Source: an uncultured Bacteroidales bacterium (lineage in GTDB: Bacteria > Bacteroidota > Bacteroidia > Bacteroidales > P3). From it: 64,000 bases of DNA. The position numbers and the translations under genes were made by a program. Of the stretch, positions 55,392 to 64,000 are shown in pieces (positions within the stretch are counted from its first letter, which is position 1; each line of letters opens with the position of its first letter). The stretch spans positions 231 through 64,230 of the forward strand of contig CALEFF010000040.1 in NCBI GenBank assembly GCA_937876865.1, given 5' to 3'. The notes below the pieces were generated by a model. It saw only the letters and a program-made list of their open reading frames with translations, was not told where the DNA came from and did not search any database.

Positions 55392-58300
55392 ATGAGAAAA
55401 ATAATTTTAATTTTTGCGTTATTAGTGGTAGGAATTACTACTAATTTATTTGCCGCCCCGGCATATCCTTATCCTTTAGAGTTTAGGCAAAGTGATAACT
55501 CTTATCTTACTGTTCAAATGCGTGGAGATGAGAGAGTTTCCTGGGGTAAGACTACTGATGATTACACTCTTATGCGTGCAAAGAATGGCGACTGGGTGTA
55601 TGCTATTTCTAATGGTAGTGGTGGTATGATACCCTCTTCTATGATTGCTCATAATCCTAACGAAAGAGGTAGTGAGGAACTTGCTTTTATTTCCTCCTTA
55701 GATAAGGCATTGTTTTATTCAAGGGAGCAAATTTCTTATTTAAAACAATTATGGGAAATAAATGAGGATTTTCAAGATAGAAGAAAAAATGCAATTGGAC
55801 AAGATACTTCTTCTTCTTTTCAAGAGACTTATAAGTTAGTAGTAATTCTTATGAGTTATCCTGATTTTCCTTTTACAACTCCAAGAGAGGAAATTGATAA
55901 TCTTTTTAATCAAGTGGGGTATTCTTCTAATGGTAGTACAGGTAGTGTGCATGATTATTTCGTTGCTTCTTCCTTTGGAAAATTGAACGTAGAGGCACAG
56001 GTAGTTGGTCCTTATACTTCTTTTAATAATCTCTCTTATTATGGTGAAAACTACGCAGGTGGTGGAGATATGAGAGTTAGGGAGTTGATTACCGAAGCAG
56101 TTGATGCAGCAGATGCAGAGGTGGATTTCTCTCAGTTTACTAATGAGAGTGAGAGTTATGTGAGTTGTGTGTATGTTATTTACGCAGGTTATGGTGAAGC
56201 GGCAGGGGGAGCAGCAAATACTATCTGGCCACATCGCTCGTCAGTTTATCCTCCTATTATGAAAGATGGAGTGAATATTTATGATTACGCTTGTAGTAAT
56301 GAAATAAATGGTTCTCCTTCTTATCCTTCTCCTTTGGTAATTGGTACTATTTGCCACGAGTTTTCTCATGCTCTTGGTCTTCCTGATTTTTATGACACTG
56401 ACTATGAGGAAAATGGAAGTTTCTCTCATCACGATAGTTATGACTTAATGTGTAGTGGTAATTATAATAATGGTGGTAAAACTCCTCCTGTGTGGAATGC
56501 TTACGAGCGTAGTATTAGAAATTATGTTAATATTGAGGAAATAAGCACTGAGGGTGATTATACTCTTGCTCCGTTGATGAGCGATAACGTGGCATTTAAA
56601 ATGAGTTTTAATAATGATGAATACTTCATATTGGAAAATAGACAACAAACTTCTTGGGATTATTATCTACCTGGACACGGTATGTTAATTTTCCATATAA
56701 ATAGGAATGCTCCTGGTTGGAATTCTAATTGCAGTAATTGTAATCCTAATAATCCTGGTTTTGACTTAGAAGAGGCAGGTGGTAGTGGATGGTATACTCA
56801 AGATAGCGAAAAACCTTTCCCAGGAACTGGTTATAACACTTCTTTTACTGATGAAACATCTCCAAGTAGTCAATCGTTTAACGGAACTTATTTAAATCGT
56901 CCTATTTTTAATATCGCAGAGAATACAACAACAAAAAATATTACTTTTACACTTGGTCAAACCCCTCGTCCTATTGTAAAAACTCAATCACCTATTATTA
57001 AAATAGATACTGTTAGTGTAGGAGTTGTGATAGAAAACTTATCTTCTTTTAATATAGTAGAAGCAGGAATTTGTTATAGCACTACAAATCTTCTACCTAA
57101 TCAGGCAACTGATAGTAAGGTAATGGCAAGTAATATTCAAGCAAATATGTCTTTGGATTTAACTTCGCTTACTCCTAATACAGAATATTATTTAAGAGCA
57201 TATGCTAAAACTGCAACTGAGGTAGGTTATGGTGAGGTAATCAAGATTAAAACTCCTTGTAGTGCAATAGATGATTTACCTTATATAGAAGAGTTTAATG
57301 ATGTTATGGAACTTCTTTGCTGGGGTCAAGAGGCAACGCTTTATGTGGATAATGGATGGAAATTAAATGATAGCATTGCTTTTATAAAATCAAATAGAAC
57401 CTCAGGTAGTCAAACAACTATTTTAGTTTCTCCTCTTTTTGATTTATCGGCGTTGAATTCTCCTGTTTTGAAGTTCTCTCACACTCAAAAAACTCTAAAT
57501 TATAAAACAGATAATTTACGTATAAAATATAAAACTCTTCAAGGTTCTTGGACTCAATTAGAAAGTTATACCTCAAACATAGCATCTTGGACTGATGAAA
57601 TTATTAATTTACCTGCAAATCAAGATTATATAATACTTGGTTTTGAAGCAGAGGTAAAGGGAGGTGAAGGTGTACAATTGGATAATGTTCAAATCTATGA
57701 TGGTGATATGAGTGCTTATCCAAGTGTTCAAACGCTTTCTACTCAATTTGTTAGTGATAATGCAGCAAGCGTTAGTGCAAAATTAAATGCTCATGGAAAT
57801 AACACTGTTCATACCTTAGGAATATGCTTATCAACACACCCTAACCCTACTATTGATGATGAAATAATTCTTACTAATGTATCTCAAGAGGTATTTACAA
57901 TAGATTTAGAAAACTTAATTCCTCATACTACTTATTATGTAAGAGCATTTGCAAGAAATAATGGACATATTTCTTATGGCGAGCAGTTGAGTTTTATAAC
58001 AGAATGTGCAAGAATTGTAGATTATCCTTTCTTAGTTAATATTCCTGAAATTCAATCTTGTGTAGAAATGAATACTTCTTGGCAATTTGATGAGCAAACA
58101 ACTATCTATACTTTCTCTTCTGATGAACAATCCGCTACTTCTAAGTTAGTTTTACCAATATTAAATATGTCTAACAGAGAAGCAACTTATATTAGTTTTG
58201 ATAGAAAGAATAATTCTGACGTTTTAAGAGTATTATACAAAAACTCTGTTGAGGGAGAATGGAGCGAAATTGCTAATTATTCAACAGTTCAAAATGAGTT

Positions 58301-59552
58301 TACAAGAGATTCTCTATTACTTACTAACCTTTCAGAAAACTATTACATCGCTTTTGAAGGGGTAAGTAATCTTTCTTCTATAGAGTTGAAAAACATAGTA
58401 GTTTATGCTACTTATCAATTGCCTATTCTTAATGTAGAACAACTTTCTTCTACTTACAATTCTATTTCAGTTACAGCAGATGTTATTTATGAGGGAGTTT
58501 CTTCTATTAGCAATAAGGGTATTATATGGGGCACTTCTGCTGATATTGACTTAACTAACTCTAATGTAATTCCTCTTGGAAGTGGCATGGGTAGTTTCTC
58601 AACTACAATCAATAATCTTACCGAAAATACTACTTACTATGTTAAAGCGTTTGCAACTAATAACAATGGCACTTCTTACACCTATGCACATCAAATCACA
58701 ACTCCTTATACTCCTATTTTCGACAATACTATAGGAAGCGACCAAACTATTTGCGAAGGAGTAGTTGCTAATATGTTAATGGGTTCTTTGCCAACAGGAG
58801 GTAATGGAGAATATACTTATCTTTGGATTATGAGTACTGATTCTTTGCAAACTTGGAGCGAAGCAAGCATTGGAAGTGATTACACAGGACAAAATCTTGA
58901 TATGAGACAACTTTTCGATACTACATATTTTGCAAGAGTTGTTTATTCTAATCACGTTTGCGATACAAGTAATGTAGTAGCAATCAATGTTCACTCAACA
59001 ACAAAACCAGGTAACGTATTCGTTTCTACAAATACAGTATCTGTAGGAGAAGCAGTAGAACTTCAACTAAGAGCATCTTTTGGTGAGGTATTGTATTGGG
59101 AGTATAAAAAACCTGAATTTAATTGGTTAGAAATGGAAAACTCCGCTGATTTAAAAATTATTTCACACTATCCAAACATAACAGGTGAATGGCAATACAG
59201 AGCAGTTGTTCAAAATGGAGTTTGTCCTGCTAAAACCTCAGGAGTAGGAATAGTATATGTTGATGGTGTAGGATTAGACGATGTTGCTAACAATCAAGTA
59301 GAAATAAAACTTTTACCTAATCCTTCAAAAGGAAAAGTTAGATTTGAAGTAAACTCTTCTTCAAACAAAAATGTTAATTTAGAGGTTTATGATATGCAAT
59401 CACGCAAAGTATTTGTAGAAGAAAACACAACTCTAAATCAACTCTCTCAATCTACATTAGATTTAACTCACCTAACAAATGGCACTTATTTAATTAAGAT
59501 TATTTCTTCTGATAAAGAAGAATGGAGTGAAAAATTGATAATATCTAAATAG
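55392..59552 (+). CDS. Giant M6-family (immune inhibitor A-like) metalloprotease with repeated Ig/Fn3-like and MAM-like modules and a T9SS C-terminal sorting domain
   Basis: After a signal peptide it has the zinc motif ICHEFSHALGLPDFYD (HExxH). The recurring module ends are TEYYLRAYAKT, TTYYVRAFARN and TTYYVKAFATN. The C-terminus LLPNPSKGKVRFEV...GTYLIKIIS is a T9SS CTD pattern. Confidence 0.8.
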   Translation: MRKIILIFALLVVGITTNLFAAPAYPYPLEFRQSDNSYLTVQMRGDERVSWGKTTDDYTLMRAKNGDWVYAISNGSGGMIPSSMIAHNPNERGSEELAFISSLDKALFYSREQISYLKQLWEINEDFQDRRKNAIGQDTSSSFQETYKLVVILMSYPDFPFTTPREEIDNLFNQVGYSSNGSTGSVHDYFVASSFGKLNVEAQVVGPYTSFNNLSYYGENYAGGGDMRVRELITEAVDAADAEVDFSQFTNESESYVSCVYVIYAGYGEAAGGAANTIWPHRSSVYPPIMKDGVNIYDYACSNEINGSPSYPSPLVIGTICHEFSHALGLPDFYDTDYEENGSFSHHDSYDLMCSGNYNNGGKTPPVWNAYERSIRNYVNIEEISTEGDYTLAPLMSDNVAFKMSFNNDEYFILENRQQTSWDYYLPGHGMLIFHINRNAPGWNSNCSNCNPNNPGFDLEEAGGSGWYTQDSEKPFPGTGYNTSFTDETSPSSQSFNGTYLNRPIFNIAENTTTKNITFTLGQTPRPIVKTQSPIIKIDTVSVGVVIENLSSFNIVEAGICYSTTNLLPNQATDSKVMASNIQANMSLDLTSLTPNTEYYLRAYAKTATEVGYGEVIKIKTPCSAIDDLPYIEEFNDVMELLCWGQEATLYVDNGWKLNDSIAFIKSNRTSGSQTTILVSPLFDLSALNSPVLKFSHTQKTLNYKTDNLRIKYKTLQGSWTQLESYTSNIASWTDEIINLPANQDYIILGFEAEVKGGEGVQLDNVQIYDGDMSAYPSVQTLSTQFVSDNAASVSAKLNAHGNNTVHTLGICLSTHPNPTIDDEIILTNVSQEVFTIDLENLIPHTTYYVRAFARNNGHISYGEQLSFITECARIVDYPFLVNIPEIQSCVEMNTSWQFDEQTTIYTFSSDEQSATSKLVLPILNMSNREATYISFDRKNNSDVLRVLYKNSVEGEWSEIANYSTVQNEFTRDSLLLTNLSENYYIAFEGVSNLSSIELKNIVVYATYQLPILNVEQLSSTYNSISVTADVIYEGVSSISNKGIIWGTSADIDLTNSNVIPLGSGMGSFSTTINNLTENTTYYVKAFATNNNGTSYTYAHQITTPYTPIFDNTIGSDQTICEGVVANMLMGSLPTGGNGEYTYLWIMSTDSLQTWSEASIGSDYTGQNLDMRQLFDTTYFARVVYSNHVCDTSNVVAINVHSTTKPGNVFVSTNTVSVGEAVELQLRASFGEVLYWEYKKPEFNWLEMENSADLKIISHYPNITGEWQYRAVVQNGVCPAKTSGVGIVYVDGVGLDDVANNQVEIKLLPNPSKGKVRFEVNSSSNKNVNLEVYDMQSRKVFVEENTTLNQLSQSTLDLTHLTNGTYLIKIISSDKEEWSEKLIISK

Positions 59553-59554
59553 AG

Positions 59555-60409
59555 ATGTGGGAGAAATATAATCAAGATATAATTTCACATATAGAACTTG
59601 CACTTAAAGAAGATGTGGGACAAGCAGACCACTCTTCTTTATCGTGCATTGAAAAAACAACAATAGACAAAGCAAAACTTGTAGCAAAACAAGACTGCAT
59701 AATATGTGGAATAGACGTTGCAAGAAAAGTTTACAACCAAGTTGATGAAAGTGTAAAGTTTACCGCTTTGAAAAAAGATGGAGATAAGGTAAAAAAAGGC
59801 GAAGAAGTGTTTAAGGTAGAAGGTCCTGCTATTTCAATTCTTACTGCCGAACGCACTGCATTGAATTATATGCAAAGACTAAGTGCAATTTCAACTCGTA
59901 CTTCTTATTATCAATCTTTAATTGAGGGAACAAACGCTAAACTCCTTGACACAAGAAAGACAACTCCTACAATGCGTATATTAGAAAAGTATGCTGTAAA
60001 AACAGGAGGTGGAACTAATCACCGCTTTGGTCTCTATGATATGATAATGCTTAAAGACAATCATATAGACTTTGCAGGAGGAATATCAAGGGCGATAGAT
60101 AAGGTTCACAACTATTTGAAAGAAAACTCCCTTAACCTAAAAATTGAAATAGAGGTAAGAGATTTTTCTGAACTTAACCAAGTTTTAGAAAAAGGAGGAG
60201 TAGATAGGATTATGCTTGATAATTTCAGCGTTGAGGACACAAAGAAAGCAGTTGAGATTATCGGTAAAAGATATGAGATTGAAAGTTCAGGAGGAATAAA
60301 CGAAACAACTCTTCCTCTTTATGCACAAACAGGTGTAGATTTCATATCTGTTGGAGCATTAACTCACAAAATCGATAGCATAGATTTAAGTCTTGTTGCA
60401 GACAACTAA
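59555..60409 (+). CDS. nadC: Nicotinate-nucleotide diphosphorylase (carboxylating)
   Basis: It has ERTALNYMQRLSAIST, DTRKTTP and MLKDNH, and is 284 aa long. Confidence 0.92.
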   Translation: MWEKYNQDIISHIELALKEDVGQADHSSLSCIEKTTIDKAKLVAKQDCIICGIDVARKVYNQVDESVKFTALKKDGDKVKKGEEVFKVEGPAISILTAERTALNYMQRLSAISTRTSYYQSLIEGTNAKLLDTRKTTPTMRILEKYAVKTGGGTNHRFGLYDMIMLKDNHIDFAGGISRAIDKVHNYLKENSLNLKIEIEVRDFSELNQVLEKGGVDRIMLDNFSVEDTKKAVEIIGKRYEIESSGGINETTLPLYAQTGVDFISVGALTHKIDSIDLSLVADN

Positions 60410-61459
60410 ATGACAAAAAGGGGGAATAAATACCTAAGAAAAATATTATATTGGCGTCCCGTTAGAACTCTATTACATTATTCTCGATTAGTAGTTTTAC
60501 CAGGATTTCAAGGCATACCTTTATTTGACGTAGGCATATTCTTCATTAAAGGATTAGCAAAAGGAGCAATCAACCAAAGAGCATCTTCAGCAGCATTTCG
60601 TTTCGTGATGGCAATTTTCCCTATGCTATTGTTTCTCTTCACTCTCCTACCCTATTTTGACACTCAATACTATTCAAATCAAATATTTACATTCCTCAAA
60701 GATATACTCCCACTTAATATTTACCAACCAATAGAGGCAACTTTAATTGAAATCCTTTCTCGCAAATACAATAGTTTGATGTCAATAGGTATCGTAGCAG
60801 CAATTTACGCAAGTTCAAGTGGAATTAACGCTATGATGATTTCCTTTCACACCTCAAAACACGAATCAATAGAAAAACGCAGTTGGTGGAAAAGACGTTT
60901 AATCTCTATAGTTATGGTTATCTTTGGAGTATTTGGCATAATTATAGTTCTCACCTTATTAGGAGGTTTCAAATGGTTTATAAACTATTTGGTTACAGAA
61001 GAAATAATTAACACAACCTTTCAAATAATTTGCTTACAAATAATACGATGGGTGGTAATTATTTCAATGATTTATTTTGCACTTAGTTCATTATATTATT
61101 TCTCCTTAGAATCAAAAAAAGGGTATAAGTTTTTTTCAGCAGGAGCAACTCTTGCTACAATACTCTTTATCATAACAACTCAAGCATTTATTCTCTACAT
61201 ACGTTTCTTCCCTTCCTACAACGCTCTTTATGGTTCAATAGGGGTTTTAATTTTCCTTTTTTTATGGATATACCTCTCTTGTTTTACAATTCTAATAGGG
61301 TTTGAACTCAATGCAAGTATATCAGATGCCTATCAAGAAAGACATTCCGATGAGTTAATAACTATTTCAAGAACTGCAAGAACTACTAAAATATCTCAAA
61401 GAATTAAAAAATTATTTCTTAGTTTCAGAAAAAAATATCAAAGAATTATAACAAAATAA
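60410..61459 (+). CDS. YihY/BrkB-family membrane protein
   Basis: It has six predicted helices. The C-terminal block YGSIGVLIFLFLWIYLSCFTILIGFELN is typical of YihY. Confidence 0.75.
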   Translation: MTKRGNKYLRKILYWRPVRTLLHYSRLVVLPGFQGIPLFDVGIFFIKGLAKGAINQRASSAAFRFVMAIFPMLLFLFTLLPYFDTQYYSNQIFTFLKDILPLNIYQPIEATLIEILSRKYNSLMSIGIVAAIYASSSGINAMMISFHTSKHESIEKRSWWKRRLISIVMVIFGVFGIIIVLTLLGGFKWFINYLVTEEIINTTFQIICLQIIRWVVIISMIYFALSSLYYFSLESKKGYKFFSAGATLATILFIITTQAFILYIRFFPSYNALYGSIGVLIFLFLWIYLSCFTILIGFELNASISDAYQERHSDELITISRTARTTKISQRIKKLFLSFRKKYQRIITK

Positions 61460-61463
61460 AGAT

Positions 61464-62681
61464 ATGAAAATACCATTCTCTCCTCCTTACATAGACCAAG
61501 ATGTAATAGACTCTGTTTGCGAATCTCTAAACAGTGGGTGGATTACAACAGGTCCGAAAGTCGCTGCATTAGAAAGCGAACTAAAAGATTATTTAAAAGC
61601 AAAAAGTGTAATTGCAGTTAATTCTTGGACCTCAGGAGCAACATTAGTTCTTAGATGGTTAGGCGTAAAACAAGACGATGAAGTAATAGTTCCTGCATAT
61701 ACCTATTGTGCAACAGCAATGGCAGTTATGGAAGCAGGTGCAAAACCTATAATGGTAGATATTTCTCCAAGAGATTTAACTATAGATGTAGAAAAAATAA
61801 GAGAAGCAATAACTCCACGTACAAAAGCAATTATAACAGTTGATATAGCAGGAATGCCTTGTCAATACGACAAGATAAGACAAATGCTTGATACTCCCCA
61901 TATAAGAGAAAAATACTCTGCAAGTTCAGATGTACAAAAGAAATTAAACAGAATACTACTCATTTCCGACTCTGCACACGCCGTAGGAGCAGAATATAGA
62001 GGTAAAACAATAACTCAATGGGTAGATGTAAGCGTTCAATCTTTCCATGCAGTAAAAAACATAACCTCAGCAGAAGGAGGAGCGATTTGTCTTAACCTTC
62101 CCGAACAATTTGATGAAGAAGAAACAAGAAAATTCTTTAAACTAATGACCCTTAACGGACAAACCAAAGACGCTTTCACTAAAAATCAAGCAGGAGCATG
62201 GCGTTATGACATAGTAGAGTTTGGAATGAAGATAAATCTTCCTGATATAAACGCAGCAGTTGCCCTTGCACAACTAAGAAAGTATGACTATCTCTTAGCA
62301 GAACGTAAAAGAGTTTTTGACCTTTATCACTCCCTGTTAAGCGAATATCATTGGGCAATACTACCTCCAAAATCCAATAGTACTTTCCAATCGGTTTATC
62401 ACCTCTTCCTACTAAGAATAAACCCTATTACAGAAGAACAAAGAAATCAAATAATAGAAAACCTATCAAAAAAAGAAATTGCGACAAACGTTCATTATAT
62501 TCCTATGCCTGAACTATCACTTTTCAAACGCATGGGGTATAAATCCGAAGACTATCCACAAGCAATGGACGCCTATGCAAGAGAAATCACACTACCTCTT
62601 TATCCTCAACTAACAGATGAACAAGTAAAACACATAGTTCGCAATTTGGTAGAAGAATATTATAACGTTGTAAACAAATAA
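61464..62681 (+). CDS. DegT/DnrJ/EryC1/StrS-family PLP-dependent sugar aminotransferase
   Basis: It has the N-terminal GWITTGPKV and the PLP-lysine context SFHAVKNITSAEGG. Confidence 0.88.
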   Translation: MKIPFSPPYIDQDVIDSVCESLNSGWITTGPKVAALESELKDYLKAKSVIAVNSWTSGATLVLRWLGVKQDDEVIVPAYTYCATAMAVMEAGAKPIMVDISPRDLTIDVEKIREAITPRTKAIITVDIAGMPCQYDKIRQMLDTPHIREKYSASSDVQKKLNRILLISDSAHAVGAEYRGKTITQWVDVSVQSFHAVKNITSAEGGAICLNLPEQFDEEETRKFFKLMTLNGQTKDAFTKNQAGAWRYDIVEFGMKINLPDINAAVALAQLRKYDYLLAERKRVFDLYHSLLSEYHWAILPPKSNSTFQSVYHLFLLRINPITEEQRNQIIENLSKKEIATNVHYIPMPELSLFKRMGYKSEDYPQAMDAYAREITLPLYPQLTDEQVKHIVRNLVEEYYNVVNK

Positions 62682-62690
62682 ATAAAAAGA

Positions 62691-63269
62691 ATGAAAAGAT
62701 TATTTGATATAACAGCATCTTTTTTTGGTATTTTAATTCTCTCTCCCCTACTTATCTTTATCGGATTATGGGTAGGACTTTCAAGCAAAGGAGGAGTATT
62801 CTACAAACAGATAAGAGTAGGCAAAAACAACAAAGACTTTAAACTCTATAAGTTTCGTTCAATGAGAGTAAACTCCGACAAACAAGGATTACTCACCGTT
62901 GGAAGTAAAGATTCTCGCATAACAAAGGCAGGGTATTTTATAAGAAAATATAAAATCGATGAACTACCTCAACTAATCAATGTATTGAAAGGAGATATGA
63001 GTTTTGTAGGTCCTCGCCCTGAGGTAAGACGATATGTAGATTTGTATTCTGAGGAGCAAATGAAAGTTTTAAGCGTAAGACCCGGTATAACAGACCCTGC
63101 TTCTATTAAATACAGAAACGAAAACGACCTTTTATCCTCAGAGAGCAACCCCGAGCAATATTACATTCAACACATAATGCCCGATAAACTAAAAATCAAC
63201 ATTGATTACATTAACACGAGAACCTTTGTCAAAGACATCAAGATTATTTTTCAAACAATATTTGGATAA
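62691..63269 (+). CDS. Small monotopic sugar phosphotransferase (PglC/WecA-independent 'bacterial sugar transferase' family)
   Basis: It has YKFRSM, DELPQLINVLKGDMSFVGPRP and PGITD. Confidence 0.88.
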   Translation: MKRLFDITASFFGILILSPLLIFIGLWVGLSSKGGVFYKQIRVGKNNKDFKLYKFRSMRVNSDKQGLLTVGSKDSRITKAGYFIRKYKIDELPQLINVLKGDMSFVGPRPEVRRYVDLYSEEQMKVLSVRPGITDPASIKYRNENDLLSSESNPEQYYIQHIMPDKLKINIDYINTRTFVKDIKIIFQTIFG

Positions 63270-63283
63270 TACAAAGTAAGAAA

Positions 63284-63316
63284 AAAAGAAAGGGAGGAAA
63301 TTTCCTCCCTTTTATT
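63284..63316. terminator. Bidirectional intrinsic terminator between convergent genes
   Basis: A perfect 10-bp stem, AGGGAGGAAA / TTTCCTCCCT, is flanked by A-rich and T-rich runs. Confidence 0.75.
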
Positions 63317-63318
63317 GT

Positions 63319-64000
63319 TTAATCCATAAATGGATAAGTGAAATCTGTTGGTGGCACAAGGGTTTCTTTTATACAACGTGGAGATACCCAACGATAAAGA
63401 TTAAGTTCAGAACCTGCTTTATCATTTGTTCCCGAGTTTCTTGCTCCTCCAAAAGGTTGATTACCTACTACTGCTCCTGTTGGTTTATCATTGATGTAGA
63501 AATTACCTGCACTATATCTTAATTTATTCATTGCAGTTGCTATATCGTAGCGTGAATGTGCAAAGATAGAACCTGTCAAAGCATAAGGAGAAGTTTTATC
63601 GCATAATTCTAAGGTTTCTTCATACTTATCTGCATCATATAAGTAAATTGTGATAACAGGACCAAATAATTCGGTTTCCATAGTTGCATAATGAGGGTTA
63701 GAAGTAAGAATTATAGTTGGAGAAATAAAGTATCCTACGGTTTTATCGCATTTTCCTCCTAATACCACTTGAGCATCAGCATCTGTTTTTGCTTTTTCTA
63801 TGTAAGAAGAAATGTTATCAAAGGATTTTTCATCTATTACCGAGTTCATAAATACTCCCATTTCCATTGAAGAACCTATTTTAATCTTTTGTGCCATTTC
63901 TTTTATGTAAGAGAAGGTTTCGTCCCATATTTCTTTTGGCACGTATGCTCTTGACGCTGCGGAACATTTTTGTCCTTGATATTCAAAAGCACCTCTTACT
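63319..64000 (-). CDS. pruA: 1-pyrroline-5-carboxylate (L-glutamate gamma-semialdehyde) dehydrogenase / aldehyde dehydrogenase, C-terminal part (gene runs off the window)
   Basis: The frame stays open to 64000. The catalytic-Cys context ...EYQGQKCSAASRAYVP reads across 63940-64000. The block FGGARNSGTNDKAG and the tail resemble P5C dehydrogenase. Confidence 0.75.
   Translation of the reverse strand, partial: VRGAFEYQGQKCSAASRAYVPKEIWDETFSYIKEMAQKIKIGSSMEMGVFMNSVIDEKSFDNISSYIEKAKTDADAQVVLGGKCDKTVGYFISPTIILTSNPHYATMETELFGPVITIYLYDADKYEETLELCDKTSPYALTGSIFAHSRYDIATAMNKLRYSAGNFYINDKPTGAVVGNQPFGGARNSGTNDKAGSELNLYRWVSPRCIKETLVPPTDFTYPFMD

Overview
This 64-kb window is a low-GC chromosomal segment (judged by eye, not computed). 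It reads as an anaerobic Bacteroidota genome, probably Bacteroidales-like. The evidence is TAnnTTTG -7 promoter boxes in front of most operons, three cargo proteins with T9SS C-terminal sorting domains, envelope genes (surE-lpxB, waaA, a TamA/BamA-like protein), and a ferredoxin-centred energy metabolism. I support about 58 CDS and one tRNA-Leu(CAA). I found no rRNA, CRISPR array, transposase or integrase.

Most of the content is housekeeping: aspS, ackA, pth, rplY, prs, nrdJ, clpX, ssb, lysS, purM, rlmN and nadC. An energy block spans 19.5-31.9 kb and holds nifJ (PFOR), sodB, korDABC and rnfB-rnfC-[extra secreted ORF]-rnfD-rnfG-rnfE. rnfA sits alone about 20 kb away at 7.2 kb.

The only accessory-looking stretch is 16.2-19.5 kb, between nrdJ and nifJ. 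It contains:
- an AT-rich islet with a small CX4CX5C protein;
- an orphan PD-(D/E)xK (HsdR_N-like) fusion protein with no methyltransferase partner;
- a 20-codon relic of a second copy of the small gene;
- a T9SS cargo gene bracketed by 73-bp direct repeats that duplicate the 3' end and terminator of nifJ. Its promoter spacer is a G9 homopolymer, which makes it a phase-variation candidate.

Other non-coding structure:
- three tandem 21-bp palindromic units between sodB and nifJ;
- a 41-bp near-perfect palindrome at the islet edge;
- a G8 tract upstream of a porin-like gene;
- a recurring AT-rich hairpin family (TTCTTTGATTT...AAAGCAAAG) at gene ends.

I cannot show that any of this is a complete, new multi-gene system. 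The islet and the repeat-flanked, homopolymer-controlled cassette are the best leads. All functional calls rest on motif recognition by eye, and no database search was possible.
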